Below are positions 43,080-55,749 of a stretch of 64,000 bases of DNA, in pieces (the stretch's first letter is position 1; every line of letters starts with the position of its first letter). The stretch lies in contig CM052841.1 of the NCBI GenBank assembly GCA_028534125.1, forward strand, positions 29,140,001 to 29,204,000. Reading direction: 5' to 3'. The stretch is from Lama glama (lineage: Eukaryota). The notes beneath the pieces are model-generated. The model had not been told where the DNA came from. It saw only the letters and a program-made list of their open reading frames with translations, and ran no database searches. The position numbers and the translations under genes are program-made.

Positions 43080-44319
43080 GCACTGCTCCAACTGGTCCCA
43101 CATTACAATAGTAACCAGTGATGTCAAGTCTGGGAATATCAAGCAAAGGACTTGGCTTTACTAACTGGCAGAAGTCTGTGCGTCAGCATCTGAGACCAAT
43201 AGAGATGTTCATAGTCATGTTTATGTGATTCAAAATGCGAGAGAATTGTCATTGTTACGACAAGTATACAAGGCCAAGTGGGAAGAGTGATGCCAATAAT
43301 ACATTCATTGCTGTGCTCGTTTAACTTAATGTTCACATGAATTGGTTAATTAATCCTTTTATACTTATGCCTTGTTTAGGCCTGTCTCCAGTCTAACTTA
43401 CATGTTCATAGACCTGGTTGAGAATATTGATCCACAAACAATGGTTCATGGGACCTAATCTGCTCTATTTTGAGATTTAAAGAGATAAAGTTAAGGGTGT
43501 TTCCACCTTTTTGTAGATTTGATAACCTGAATTACTTAATACTCAAGATCAAAATTACTTTAGATTCTGGGACTCTTTCTTTGTGTAGTCTTCTTGCCAG
43601 GCAAACTATAGCTAGCCTAACTTAAGATACTGTACACAGGTAAAAGTAAGAAAACTGCATTTTAAAATATTCTTTGAGATTTTTTGCTAATTTGGATTTA
43701 CTTGGTGGTTAAAAATCAGTAAAGTTTTAGGTCATACTATTAAATGACACTTTAAAAAGTTAATTTGCTGGAGAGCAAAATTTGGCTAGTTTTTTCTTCT
43801 CTGCTTAAGAGAATCCGAGTATAAATTAAGTAGACTGAATATTGGGCGATTATGACATGACTACTAATTATTTGACAGAGTAGATCCAAGCACCAAATGT
43901 CCATTAAATGGCCAACCAATTATTTAAGAGTAGGGAGAAGCTAGCCAATTACAAATAAAATACTTGATTCCAAGTATCTTCAGCACAGTAACAGTTGAAA
44001 TATCTTCTGTAGTCTACCTTTCAGTCTTTCACATTCTCTTTCTCTCCTTTTGCTCCATTGTCTTTTATTCTCTTTTATTTCCTTACTTATTTTTTGAAAA
44101 GATTATGAAATCAATTTTCTATTCCACCAGAATAACAATGTCATTCACTTTGAGCTGGTCAGAAAATATAACGTCCCCTTCCTGTGTGTCCTTCCAAATG
44201 CAAAGCCCTTAGTGTCTGTTTTGAGATTTGACAGGAGAAGCCTCTCTTCTCCAGATTATTGAACTGCAGTGAAAGCTTGTCTCAGTCCAAATTCTGCCAC
44301 ACCATACCTCCAAATACAC

Positions 44320-44935
44320 GAGTGGCAGAGAGAACTGGATCCAGGCTCTGGAGTCAGCCAGCCAGGGTTCAAATCCCAGCTCTGCCCATTTACTAGCTGT
44401 GTAACTTTCGGCGGTTCACTTAACCTCTTTCAGCCTCTGTTTCCTAGGCTATAAATTGGGTGATGATCATACCTACCTCAAGAGTGTGGATGCAAAGATA
44501 AAGGAGTTGTTGCTATATGGAAAGCTTCAGACAATGTCAGGTACACAGTGTGCATTCAATAAATGCTGGCCGTGTCTGTAAGAGGCCCTCTGGCTTGGAG
44601 GCTCCCAGCTCAGAGTCCTGAGCCAGCTGCCAGGATTCAAAGTCCAGCTCTGCCTCTCAAAATAGCCATGGACCTTAGGCAAGTTACTTATTAGGTCAAA
44701 CCATATGAATTTTCTGAGAGATCATTTTTGACCTACAAAAATGGCAATCTCGTAGGGTTCAACCTAATATGTACGTAATATTCTCCATGCCTCAGTTTCC
44801 TCACCCGTTAAAATAGAGACAATAATCCTACCTCACAGGATTGTTATGGGGAGTAGATGAGTGAGCATTCAAAAAACACGTGGGACAATGCCTATTATAC
44901 AGAATGCTATTTAAATATTTGCTATTATTATTTTT
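44320..44935 (+). mobile_element. Two tandem MIR SINEs
   Basis: gggttcaaatcccagctctgcc...; gcctcagtttcctcacccgttaaaatag...ctacctcacaggattgtt. Confidence 0.8.
44689..44769. mobile_element. MADE2-like mariner MITE inserted in the second MIR
   Basis: ta-ttaggtcaaaccatatgaa...atggcaatctcgtagggttcaacctaa-ta; ~80-bp imperfect palindrome with TA TSD. Confidence 0.75.
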
Positions 44936-45339
44936 ATTACCCTCACATCTCATTACTGCTTGACACAAACTTTTCCCAAGAATAGTCTGCCATATAATCC
45001 CTCTTTTTGCCACTGTCAGTCAGTCTTTCTATCTTGCCTGCAATGCCCCTTTCCTCTTTCAAAGCTTGGTCTGAATTCATCTGACTGACCCACCCACTCC
45101 ATTTCCTCCATTTCTATGATGTCTCTTGGTGTTTGTTTCCTGACTAAGGACAAGATATTTTGTTAGCTGACAGTGGTTCCCATGTTGTCTTGTCTTCTTC
45201 ATATACTGATCCTGGAGTGTGAGGGTCCAGGGAGAACATGACTTTTTTCATGCTTTAATTGTGTCTTTTCATGTGATGATTATTTTATATCTTTAGAGAA
45301 ATTAACTTATGTTTAAATGTGGGACCTCTAATGTCTTCC

Positions 45340-45890
45340 TATTTTTTTTAAAAGATTAAATAAAAAATTATTCAAGTTTCTTTTTTAGAAAAGTTGCAAA
45401 GACAGTACACAGAAATCCTGTATACCCTTTATCCAGTCTTCCTTAATGCTGAAGTGCTATAAAACTATTGCACATTTGCTGAAGTGAAGACATTTACATT
45501 GCTTCATTACTATTAACTAAACTCCAGACTTGATTAAATATTTCATCAGTTTTCCACTAATGTCCTTTTCCTCTTCCAGGATCCCATCTAGGATGCTTTA
45601 CTGCATCTGGTCATCATGTCTCCTTAGTCTCCTCTGGTTTGTGACAGTTTCTCAGCCTTCCTTGTTTTTCATGATCTTGGCAGTTTCGAGGAGTACTGGT
45701 CAGGCATTTTGTAGAATATTACTTAATTTGAGTCTGTCTAAGTTTTTCCCCTCACAAACAGACCGGGGTTATGGAATTTGGGGAAGAAAACCACAAAGGT
45801 CAAATGTCTGTCTCATCATTGAGGGTAAATGACACCCACATGAAATCTCACGGATGACGTCAAACTTGATACTTCCCTGGGTTAACAAAA
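45340..45890 (-). mobile_element. Old L1 (L1MB/MC-like) 3' fragment
   Basis: agaaaagttgcaaagacagtaca...ttccaggatcccatctaggat...gagtactggtcaggcattttgtagaat. Confidence 0.7.
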
Positions 45891-46002
45891 TACACTTTTT
45901 ACATAGAATTCTCTACATGTTAAAGTTACCAAGAGAGTATCCAAAGATAGTAAATAGCTAATTCCTAGAATCACAGCATTTTGGAGCACTGGACGTGCCT
46001 GT

Positions 46003-46760
46003 TCAGTTGTTCTCAATCTTATCAGGCCCAATGCCATTCATAATAAATATTTTCTGTTGTGTCCTTTACTGTTCTGAAATAAAATTTCTAGACGGTACAA
46101 TTTACCCATATGCATAATCACAGAAAAATCAATATAATGTCCTAATTTTAAAATAAAGGGGAAATAAAAGGAAAGTGATTTATAGTAAAATAATAAATAT
46201 TTCGATATGTGAATGCTCAGGTCTGACTATTCCACAAGCCACGGTGAAGAGGTCAGATGCTTACACCTATGTGAAGAACTCCACTGATGAGACAGACACA
46301 AACACAGACTGATAGAAGACCCAAGTATAGTGGGCAGCACTGTCACTGGCAAGTTGATTTTCTAAAAGGGTGAACAACCCCTGGGAAAGATCCAAAGCAA
46401 ACAAAATACCACTGCTATCAATTTTCATGGTGGTTTCATTTCTGGAAAACTTTACTTCATATTAAAACCGTGCAAAAACATTGTATCTTTATAAAATGGA
46501 GCGAGACTCCGATAATCATAACCAGGTTTTTCACCTACATGAATGCCTGCTGGCACACTGGCAAGCTGAGTGGGACAGAGAATAGTGCTTGATTGTGGGG
46601 GTGTTTTGTGCATTGCAGGACACAGACTCTCCCTGAATCCCACCTACTAGATGCCAGTGATGCCCCTCAATCAGGGAGGGCAAAGAAAAACACTCCTCAA
46701 ATTTCAAGATAAGATTTCCCAAATGTGGAGGCCACGTTGCCCCAGTCACAACCACCACTG
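46003..46760. mobile_element. hAT-Charlie non-autonomous DNA transposon remnant
   Basis: cagttgttctcaa... start and MER20-like end (cctactagatgccagt...aaccaccactg). Confidence 0.45.
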
Positions 46761-47049
46761 GTCAAGTTTAAGTCCAATCTCTTCAATCCACAGCTAGGAG
46801 CTGGGTTCAGGTCCACGTAGCCAGCACAAGAGGGCAAAACTGAGCCTGGAATTCATGTTTGCCAGGTCCTAATCTGTATGATCTAGTACTTGTTGAGCCC
46901 TCAACAGTACCCATGGTAACCGCTTGTTTGATGTTGATTGATCACATCATGCAGTTCACATCACATACACACACATATCACTCCCTCCACAACTACCAGC
47001 ATCATAATTACACCTCAATTCCTGCATCAAACCCAACATAGATTTCCCA

Positions 47050-47560
47050 CTAAATGTAGGAGCAAATTCATATCGTTACATTGGCCTAGGAGGCCCTGTA
47101 CAACTTGACCCTCACTTGCCCTTCAGCTTTTTTCAAACTCTTTTTTTCCCTTGCATGCTGGTCTTCTCTCAGGACTAACTGGCAAGAGTTACCTCCTTCC
47201 TACCTCAGGGCCTTGACACAGACTATTCCCCCTCCCTGGGTTCATCTCTTGCTCGTTGCCCCTGGCAAACTCCTACTTATTCTGCATAGCTTAGCTCAAA
47301 AAGTCACTTCCTCAGAAAACCTTCCCCTGAGTCTCCTTGTTCCATGCTCTCATTGCACTTCTATTTCTTGAACACACACTTATCAGAGCTTATGATTAAG
47401 TATTTTTGTGATTCTGTGTTTGACATCTGATGCCCCCATTAGGTTGTTAGCTCCTAGGAGGCAAGAGCTCACAGGTTTTACTCGTTACTGTGCTCTCAGC
47501 ACCCATAGGAGTGCCTGAAACAGAGTAGGTTCTAACATTTGCTGAATCCATGAATAGATG
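47050..47560 (+). mobile_element. L2 3' fragment
   Basis: caaactcctacttat...gtcacttcctcagaaaaccttcccctga...gtgcctgaaacagagtagg...tttgctgaat. Confidence 0.65.
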
Positions 47561-49039
47561 AAAAGTTGTATTAGCTGCCTGGAATGACTTTCAGGTTGGC
47601 TAGAAGGCAGATACAGTAAGGCAAGCAAGATCATGGCTTTTCATGATGGTCAGCAGCAATAGAACTTTGGTTCTATTTTGCTGTAGAGAGAGGCATGCTA
47701 TTTGAAACAGCTTGTTTTGGCTTAACTGTTTCAATGTGCTTGGTTTTAAAAGAATACAGCGGAATAGAGGTTGGAAGGCACCTTGCTGTTTGGATGACTC
47801 AAGGCTCCTGTACATATTTGGAGCTGGCTTCCCTGCTAGAAGGGACAGGAGGCTCAAGCAATAGCTTTGCAAACTTTGGCTTTAAGGGCCTCAACCCTAC
47901 AAGCATCCCCACTTCATCCTTCCTGTTTACTACCAATAACATCTAATCCCTGAATAGTCCTTGGTATGGTGCCTTTTAATGTGCAAATTTTGTTTCATTC
48001 TTTCCCAAACTTTCAGTCCTTTGGGTATCACTTTCATTAATTTGGCACATCTGCACATCACCAGGGCTATTACTTATTAATGTTTTTCTTTGAACACATC
48101 ATACCATGACATTGATGCAGATTTTTGCTTCTTCATAAACACAAATATGCATGAACTCCTGTATTTCATGGGCTTATTATATTCATTGGGGAAGGACTAC
48201 TCTTTCTCTTAAGAGTTCCTGTGGGGGAGAGCACACCAAGGCAGACCTCCTACTGTCCTTAATTTGTTAAGAATACCTAAGCACAGAGAGGTTAACTAAC
48301 TTGCTCAAGGTCACAGTTATCAGAGGTGACAGAGCTGGGATTCCGAATTTCTGGTTCCTGGTTCTGTCCAGGGCTGTCCCTGCCACACTAACTCAAACTG
48401 TGCTTCACTGAGTTCTACATGCACACCAGGCCCTCTGTAAATGTGAACTGCGGTGAGACTAATGATCACTCCTCAAAGCAAAGTCTTCTGTAAGATCTGT
48501 TTTTCCCTGAGTATGTTATATCCAGTGCATGTTGCTGGTATCTTGGGGCTAATACATTTTAGCTGCCTCTTCTCAATTTGTAATTTTCTGACCCATCAGC
48601 TCTCACTTACAAATGCTACATTCTTGTTTCCATTGGTGGGATGTTCACAGCTTTGATGGTGGATGCTATTCTGACATACTCAGAGAGACAGGTAAGTCTC
48701 CTCTTTGGAGGTACACTGTGTTTTTCATGTGGGTGTCTAATTCACCTATGATGGGTATTTCTGAGAGTATCCAAATTATCACCATCCCAGTGCCATAGGA
48801 ACCTGTCAGTGAGGTCACAGGATGGCTCCAAAAGTGGAGGTAGCTCCCTTCCTGATTCTGGAGGACCCTGCCTTCTGGAAGATTCCCTACCCTCCTGACT
48901 ATCAGCGTATAGTGGTGTGCTGTTTCCTGAATGATTACAGAGTTGCTGATCTGTTCTTAAATCCAGTCACTAACTTAGAACTAAGTCACACATTTGAATC
49001 CAGGAATTCCACCACAACATGTTACACCAACTTGAGCTG

Positions 49040-49134
49040 TTTTATTTTATTTATTTTTAATAGAGGTGCTGGGAATTGAACTTAGGACCTCATGAATGCT
49101 AAGCATACGCTCTACCACTGAGCTGTCCCCAGCC
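49040..49134 (-). mobile_element. tRNA-Ala(AGC)-derived SINE of camelid Vic-1 type
   Basis: Minus strand ggggacagctcagtggtagagcgtatgcttagcattcatgaggtcctaagttcaattcccagcacctc plus A-rich tail. TSD ccaacttgag(c/t)tg at 49027-49039 and 49135-49147. Confidence 0.85.
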
Positions 49135-51147
49135 CCAACTTGAGTTGCATTAGATCTTAAACTTCAGTCACACTGGCATTCTTTCTGATCCTAGTTAAAA
49201 CACATCTAAAGCCTTCCTACCACATGGCTTTTGTCCTCGCTGTTGCCTTTGGAATGTTCTTTCCCCAGTTCTTGCCACACCTGTTTTCATTATTCATATT
49301 TTCAATACAATCTCTCTCCAAGGTCTTCCCTGATCCCCTAATGTAAAACTGTACCCCCACTCCTCACCCCACTGACTCCCTAGCCTACTATTTGGATTTA
49401 TTCTCTCAATGGAATCTATTACTACCCCAAACTCTCTCTTTTATTCATTTACGAATTGTCTATCTCCCTCCTGCCCTGCAGGCTGTATCTCCCAATTATG
49501 GGAAAGATGAGGCCTCTCTCATGTACCAGTTTCTCTCCAGTGCCAAGCAGGGCACTTCACAAGTAGTCACTAAGTAACGAAATGCATGACTGTGGTCCAG
49601 TCACTGCAGCGAAGTGTGAGGTAGAAAGGAGGTCTGTGGAATCAGGTGGAAGCAGCCTTCTATTATAATGGAGAAATAAGAGCACCGACTTCAGGGCTAG
49701 ATAGGCCTGGGTTCCAATTCTGCCTCTGCCACCCTGGCTGTGTGGGGTAAAGAAGTTATTTAATCTCTGCTCTTTATGTCCACTGACAGTAAATCAGTAT
49801 TAAGCAGGGTGCAGTATAACTTGTGTCTGGTCTGGGGCCAGCCACTGTAATAGTATCTCAGCAAATGTTAATTGACTTCCCTTCACCTAGAAACATCAGA
49901 AGAAACCCATGAAACTCATGACACAGCCTCTGTAGCACACCTGACAGTTAATGAAGAACTCAGGAATCCTTATATTTAGTACAATCTGCTTAAGTGCAAC
50001 TGCTGTACATTTTTCAAAAAGCAGTGACATTTTCGACACTTGGTTATTTTATGTAGACTTCTGAAAGGGCATATCATCTTAAATTCACTGAAAAGAATCT
50101 AGTCTTTTAGTGCACGACCTGCTTGATGGTCGTGTCCCCCACCCTGTACATTCAATTACTGGCTATATAATAGAGTTGCATGCGCCATAGACGGTGCCTC
50201 TGGTGGTTGAACACAATGTTCCTCAGGTGGCACCAGCAACTTTGAAGTACTTGTCAGCAACTGGCTTTCCTGGAACAGTTCTGTAACCATTCAGTTCACA
50301 GGAGCATTTTGCTTCTAAAGCCCTTGTTCAGAATATTAAAAAGGGCACGCCACAGACTCCATTCCTTTGCTTCAAGGGCTGTGATTTTTGTAAAGCTGGA
50401 TCCTGTGGTCTACTCAGGAGAGCCCCTGGCTCTAGCAAATGTTTAAAAATGGTTTTGAATTTGGCCCAGTGGTATTAAGTTGGTCAGTAACTAGGACTAT
50501 GGAGTCTGATCACGGGGAGTGTGGTTCTCCTTCCTGATTCATCCCAGATGACGAGCTGGACTGACTGACCTGGACAATTCCACGGGACCTCTAAGGTCGC
50601 TCAAGCCACTTTCTCCGGCAACACAGGATGACGCTTTCCTATTTAAAAAAAATCACTGTCATCTCTCATATACAAACTTGGGAAGGGAAGTGTTGAAGTT
50701 TGCTAGACTTTACCTGGATTAGCCAAATCTTTGATGAATTCTGAAAGATAAGTTAAGGCTTCTGGGTTCTCCTCATTTTTTTATTGCAATGGTAGCTAGA
50801 TTTACTCTATCCAAAACTGGTGCCTGAGAGCAGGAGATAGGACCTATTGGTGTTTGCCAAAAGTGGCTTGTCACGTTGACCATTCTGACACGATAATTGC
50901 ATGATGTCCTAACTTGGTCTTTGGTCGGAAGGTCAGATGAGTGAGCAGAGCAGAGAAAGACGTTGAGAAATTCTGTCAGGGATGGCGGATAGGGGCCTGG
51001 AACACCTTGTTCCTGGCTTCAGACTGTGAGGATTTAGGATCTTTTCAGATCTGTCCCTTAGGACTTTGCAGATGTTGATGGCAACTACCTTGTGCCATTT
51101 TTCTTTGAGAAGCAACATAAGATGTTGAATTTTGGATTCTAACAGAC

Positions 51148-51367
51148 CAGGTTTTCTCAGCCTCAGCACTACTCACATTTTGGGCTGGACAATTCTTTGC
51201 TTGGGGGGTTGTCCTGTGCATAGGACGTGTGGTAGCATCCCTGGCCTCTACCACTAGATGCCCGTGGCATCTTTCAAGCTGTGACAAACAAAAATACTTC
51301 TAAGCAGTGCCAAATGTCCCCTGGGGGTGGAGGGTGGCACAAAACTGCCCCTGGTTGAGAACCAGTG
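51148..51367. mobile_element. MER20 (hAT-Charlie)
   Basis: ttctcagcctcagcactact...ctaccactagatgcc...gccaaatgtcccctgggg...ctggttgagaaccagtg. Confidence 0.85.
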
Positions 51368-54300
51368 AGGTAGACCTAACTGTGGGAGATTCAAGAAAAC
51401 TCATCTTTGAAGGTATTCCAGCTCTTGCTGGCTGTCCTGGGGGGTTTTAGATCTTTGAGTTTCCTTCAAATAGATTTTTTTGAAATACATTTTTAATGGT
51501 CCTGAAGATAAACAAAGGATGACCTTAAGGGAAAGGTGAGAGAGGGGTGTACCTGAATGCCCTTAACTGCTCTCCTCTCTGTTCCTTCCTCTCTTTGGCA
51601 CCTGCTAGTCTCCTAGCAGGGAGAGGTGAGGTGTAGAGGAGGGGAAACCTGGCTGAACTGGAGAAGCTGGGGTTGGGAACTCTAGCACTTGCAGGCCGAA
51701 CTGGGGGAGACTGAGGTTTTTAGAACTTCAAGTAATCCTGATATCTATATTCAGGCATCAGCAATTTACTGCAGACAGCACAGAAGATGGTTTTTGGAGG
51801 CAAGCTGGGCATCTGCCAGGGCCCTTGGCAAAACTGCAATGTAGGCATAGCTGTTTTGCCACCACCTCTCTGAACTTCCCCACACCGCGTCTCACCTCCC
51901 CTGCCTTGCGGGCACACAGCTGCCTCATGATGCCCTCTGGCTGCTCAAAGTCTGCCTCACCCACTGCAGCCATCTGCTTTGATACCTGCCCCCATTTCTT
52001 TTTCCTTCCCTGAATGCTGATCTCAGCTATTTTGGGGGAAGGGGTTAAGATTAAAGATTCAAATATTTCACACTAAAGGGAGAAGAGTCAGTAGGTTCAA
52101 CCTATGCAGGGAATGTTGTGACTCTTGGAAGCTTGCTACTCCTCTTTTAGAAGACATTTTGGAACAGAGGACGTATCTATGACTTACCTAGTTTCCCTGA
52201 AATGAGCACCATGGTTGTATGTTTTCCAGCTACAATATCCCCACCTGGCAATTACCACCTGCAAATTTCATAAACTAGAGCCTTAACTTAGAAAGGGGTT
52301 CTACACAAGGTGAGCTGTTCATTTCCCATAAGAAAAGATCTAAATTCCTCAGTCTGGCATACAAAGCCTTTACTATCTACCTTTCTAATCTCGTTTTCAT
52401 TCATTCACACGAATATGATGGACAAGATGGACACAGACCTGGCCTTCACCTTCCTAAAATGCATATATAGTCCAGTGGGGGATACACGTAGGAAACCAGA
52501 CAAAAACAGTATGATGCCATGTGTTAACCCAGGGGAAATAAAGGGGGTTCAGGAACACTTTATAGGGGGGACTCACCCCAAATTGGCCAGTCCAGAGAGG
52601 AAGTCTCACATCTCTGCTATCTCCACAAGCTGACACCTGGCACTGCTTGTCACCTCTCTCTAGCTTTATGCATGATGACCCCTCTGTCTAGAATGCCCTC
52701 TTGTGATCTGTATGGGAAACTCTTAACATCCTTTATGATCCATCTTAACTGTTACCTCCAGGAGAATTTCTCACCACCTATCCCTGAATGAAAGTGTGTT
52801 CTTTCCTTTGAATTAAGTCCTTACACATCCCCTCTATGGAAATACATATCATATGGATTTGCAATGATATGTTTACTTGTCAATCATTTCCATTAAACTT
52901 TTTTCAAAGCCAAGGCAGTTAACATATGTCTTTTTAATCCCCAGCTCCTAGCAAAGTGCCTGGCAGACAGAAGTGTTCAGTAAATGTCACTGAATAGAAG
53001 GACCCATTCAAACTAGAATCTGGAAGTAGTGACAGAATATCTACTTTTTTTCTTTTTGTATTACATTGTGAGACATTTCATACATACAGAAGAGCCCATA
53101 AAACATTTATGTCCAGTGTAAAATGAAAACCTGTGTAAATATAACCCAGGTGGAGAAATAGCCCCCTCTATTTTTAACTCATCAGTGGAAGCCATCTTCT
53201 TAAGCTGAGTCCATCACTGCGACGAGGACTCAAAATTCTACCTCTGACCTGAAATTACTGGGATCTTCTGCTGAGCATGCTCTCATCTTGAACCTCAGGC
53301 CTGATATTAGAGATACCAAATATCTGGCTGAATGCCAAGCAATTCAATCAAACATCACCTGTGAGACATGGTTTGAAATTTGGCGGCAGGAAACTGTTTA
53401 CTCCACTGGATAGTCTCTTGTAAAAGATCTCGAGCACCTAACTCCCCCCCACCCTATTGAGGCTGCAGGCTTATTTGGACTCTGTCATATCTGAGAAAAA
53501 AATGATTAATGTGAATCTTGCTGGAACTGTCTATTAACAGTTAACCCGGGTGGAGATGAGTCTATTTTTTTGGTTGTTGTTAATACAGATCAGTTAAAAT
53601 CTTGCCATGTTATCAGAAGGGATGTACTCTGCTCTGCTTTGAGTGGAAATCAGTCATCTGCCTCATTGCATTTGGTCAGAACACTGTGCCTGTGGAAAGG
53701 CCAGTAGTTACAGGATGCATGGCAACCACCTCCTGTGTGGCACAGCGTGGAGCCAGCAGGGCTCTCTGCTTGGGTCTCCTCCAGTCCCAGTGCTGGGCTC
53801 ACCCAACTCTCTCTTCCTTCCTCAGCTGCCTTCAACAACATGGGTCTGCCTTCCCTCCCTCCCTCCCTCCTCTCCCTCTCTTCCTTATAGCTGTCTAACG
53901 TTTAATCTCTAGAGGTACATAGTCTAGAATGATGACTTGTTCAATAAATATTTCTTGAACCTGGTTGTAATTCTCTTCTTGAATACAGATTCAGCTAAAT
54001 TACAGGAAATTATCAACTCTGGGATCCTACTGGAGTTCACTTTTCTCTGTGTGTGTGAAGAATGAGTCCATGATCACTACATTCAACTTAATCCAATTTT
54101 TAAATTCCTCTGTAACAAACTGAACATTTTTCACCCTCTGTATTGAAATCTTTCAAATTCCTTTACATGTAGTCATTGAAATCTTTTTTTTTTTAATGTG
54201 TAAAGCAGGTAACAACCCTATTCTCTTTTCATTCCTTACTTCAAAAGACTTATTTCACACACCAACTATTTTCTGAGTACCTACTATGTGCCAGACACAG

Positions 54301-54389
54301 TTTGAGATGCTGAAGTTACAGCAGGGAACAAGGCACATGTGTTCCCTGCCCTCACAGAGCTGGCATTCTGAAGGAATTTATTTTCCAGA

Positions 54390-54599
54390 AATGAGTTGTC
54401 CAATAGGGTAACCATTAGCAACATGCAGCTATTTAAATTAAAACTTAATTAAAATTAATGAAATTAAAAATTCACATTCTCATTGACACTGGCCACATTG
54501 CAAAGGCTCACTAGTCACATGTGACCAGAAGCTATGGTATTGGACAGTACAGATCTAGATCAGTTCCATCATCACAGAAGAATCTATTGGACAGGGCTA
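54390..54599. mobile_element. MER33/MER3-like hAT MITE
   Basis: tgtccaatag...aaattaaaaattcac...ggccacattgcaa...ctattggacag terminal inverted repeats. Confidence 0.75.
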
Positions 54600-55749
54600 T
54601 TCTATAAGAATTTGGCAGACCTACCACCGTTCTGAGAGTTCAAGAAATCCCTGTAGCAATACTGTGAGATGATTTATTATGACACAGATTATGATTCTTT
54701 CATAGAGATTACGTCTATCATGTCTGGTGCCAATAAGTTTATTTTTATTTGGGGCATCCTGTTTTTATTTACAGGATGGTTAAATCAGTGTGGCAGGATA
54801 GCATTTTGAAATACTCATTTTTCCTGCTTGTCTTTCCAGCAGGTATTGCTCTATCAGGGAAGGAGGAGTTGCAAGGCAGAACCCAGAAACAGCCTTTGAG
54901 TTTCTGGCTGCTTGTGTGGCCCAAATGTACAAGCTCTCAGGACTTCCAAGCATTTGTAGAAGGGGCAATAGAAAGCAGAATTTGGGGAACAGATGAAAGT
55001 GTGTTGGCAGGAACTAGACTGGAGGGGAGAGGAGAGAAATCTGCGTCTGTGCACACGCGTGAGGGTGTTTAAGAGTGAACGCCAGCTTCCATGTGCTCTG
55101 TAGGCTCAGACTGCATGGTTTTCCTGGCAGTTCTTTTAGGGGTAGCAGGGCCCCAGAGGGAGAAAGTGTCTGGGATTTGACAATGTGGGGAGACCCTCCA
55201 TAAGTCAACTAGACTTGTAGGATCACATTGATGGGGATAATGGACACATTAGCAGCAAAATGTGCAGACAGATGACTCAAAACTATAGCCTGCTCCCATC
55301 CCTAACATTAATCCACCTCAGGGAATGTAAAGAGGGGGTGAGCCTGAGGTCGTGATTTCCCCCCAGCACGGGCAGGGGTGGGGTGTTTAAAATAGATATA
55401 AGTGGAATTAAAATAAAAAATAAAGTTGATTTTCTGGTAGGACTTGTGGTCTGGGAGCCATACCCACTTCTCAGGCACTGAAGCAATCTGTCCCCAGTAG
55501 AGTCTGGGAAACTTGAGCAATGACTACTCTGTCTGTCTGTGAGACCTAGAGACTGTGAGCCTCACCTGGCCTTCTATGCTACTAGGGCTCCAGTCTCCAG
55601 CTGCCTCGAAACTCTGGAAAAGTTATTTCCACAATTCTTTTCTTACCTATTATCCTCTATTTCTGCAATGACAACTCCTCTGGTGAACTATGCTGCCTTA
55701 TGCTATTGTCCTCACATGATGTTGGGCTTTCTGCCCACTTAATTTTCCC

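Noticed and set aside
43402-43413. 12-nt unit with a GTAAGT donor
   Set aside because: In-frame TGA and a weak acceptor.
49060-49132. Possible tRNA-Ala gene
   Set aside because: Mismatched stems, A-rich tail and TSD indicate a SINE.
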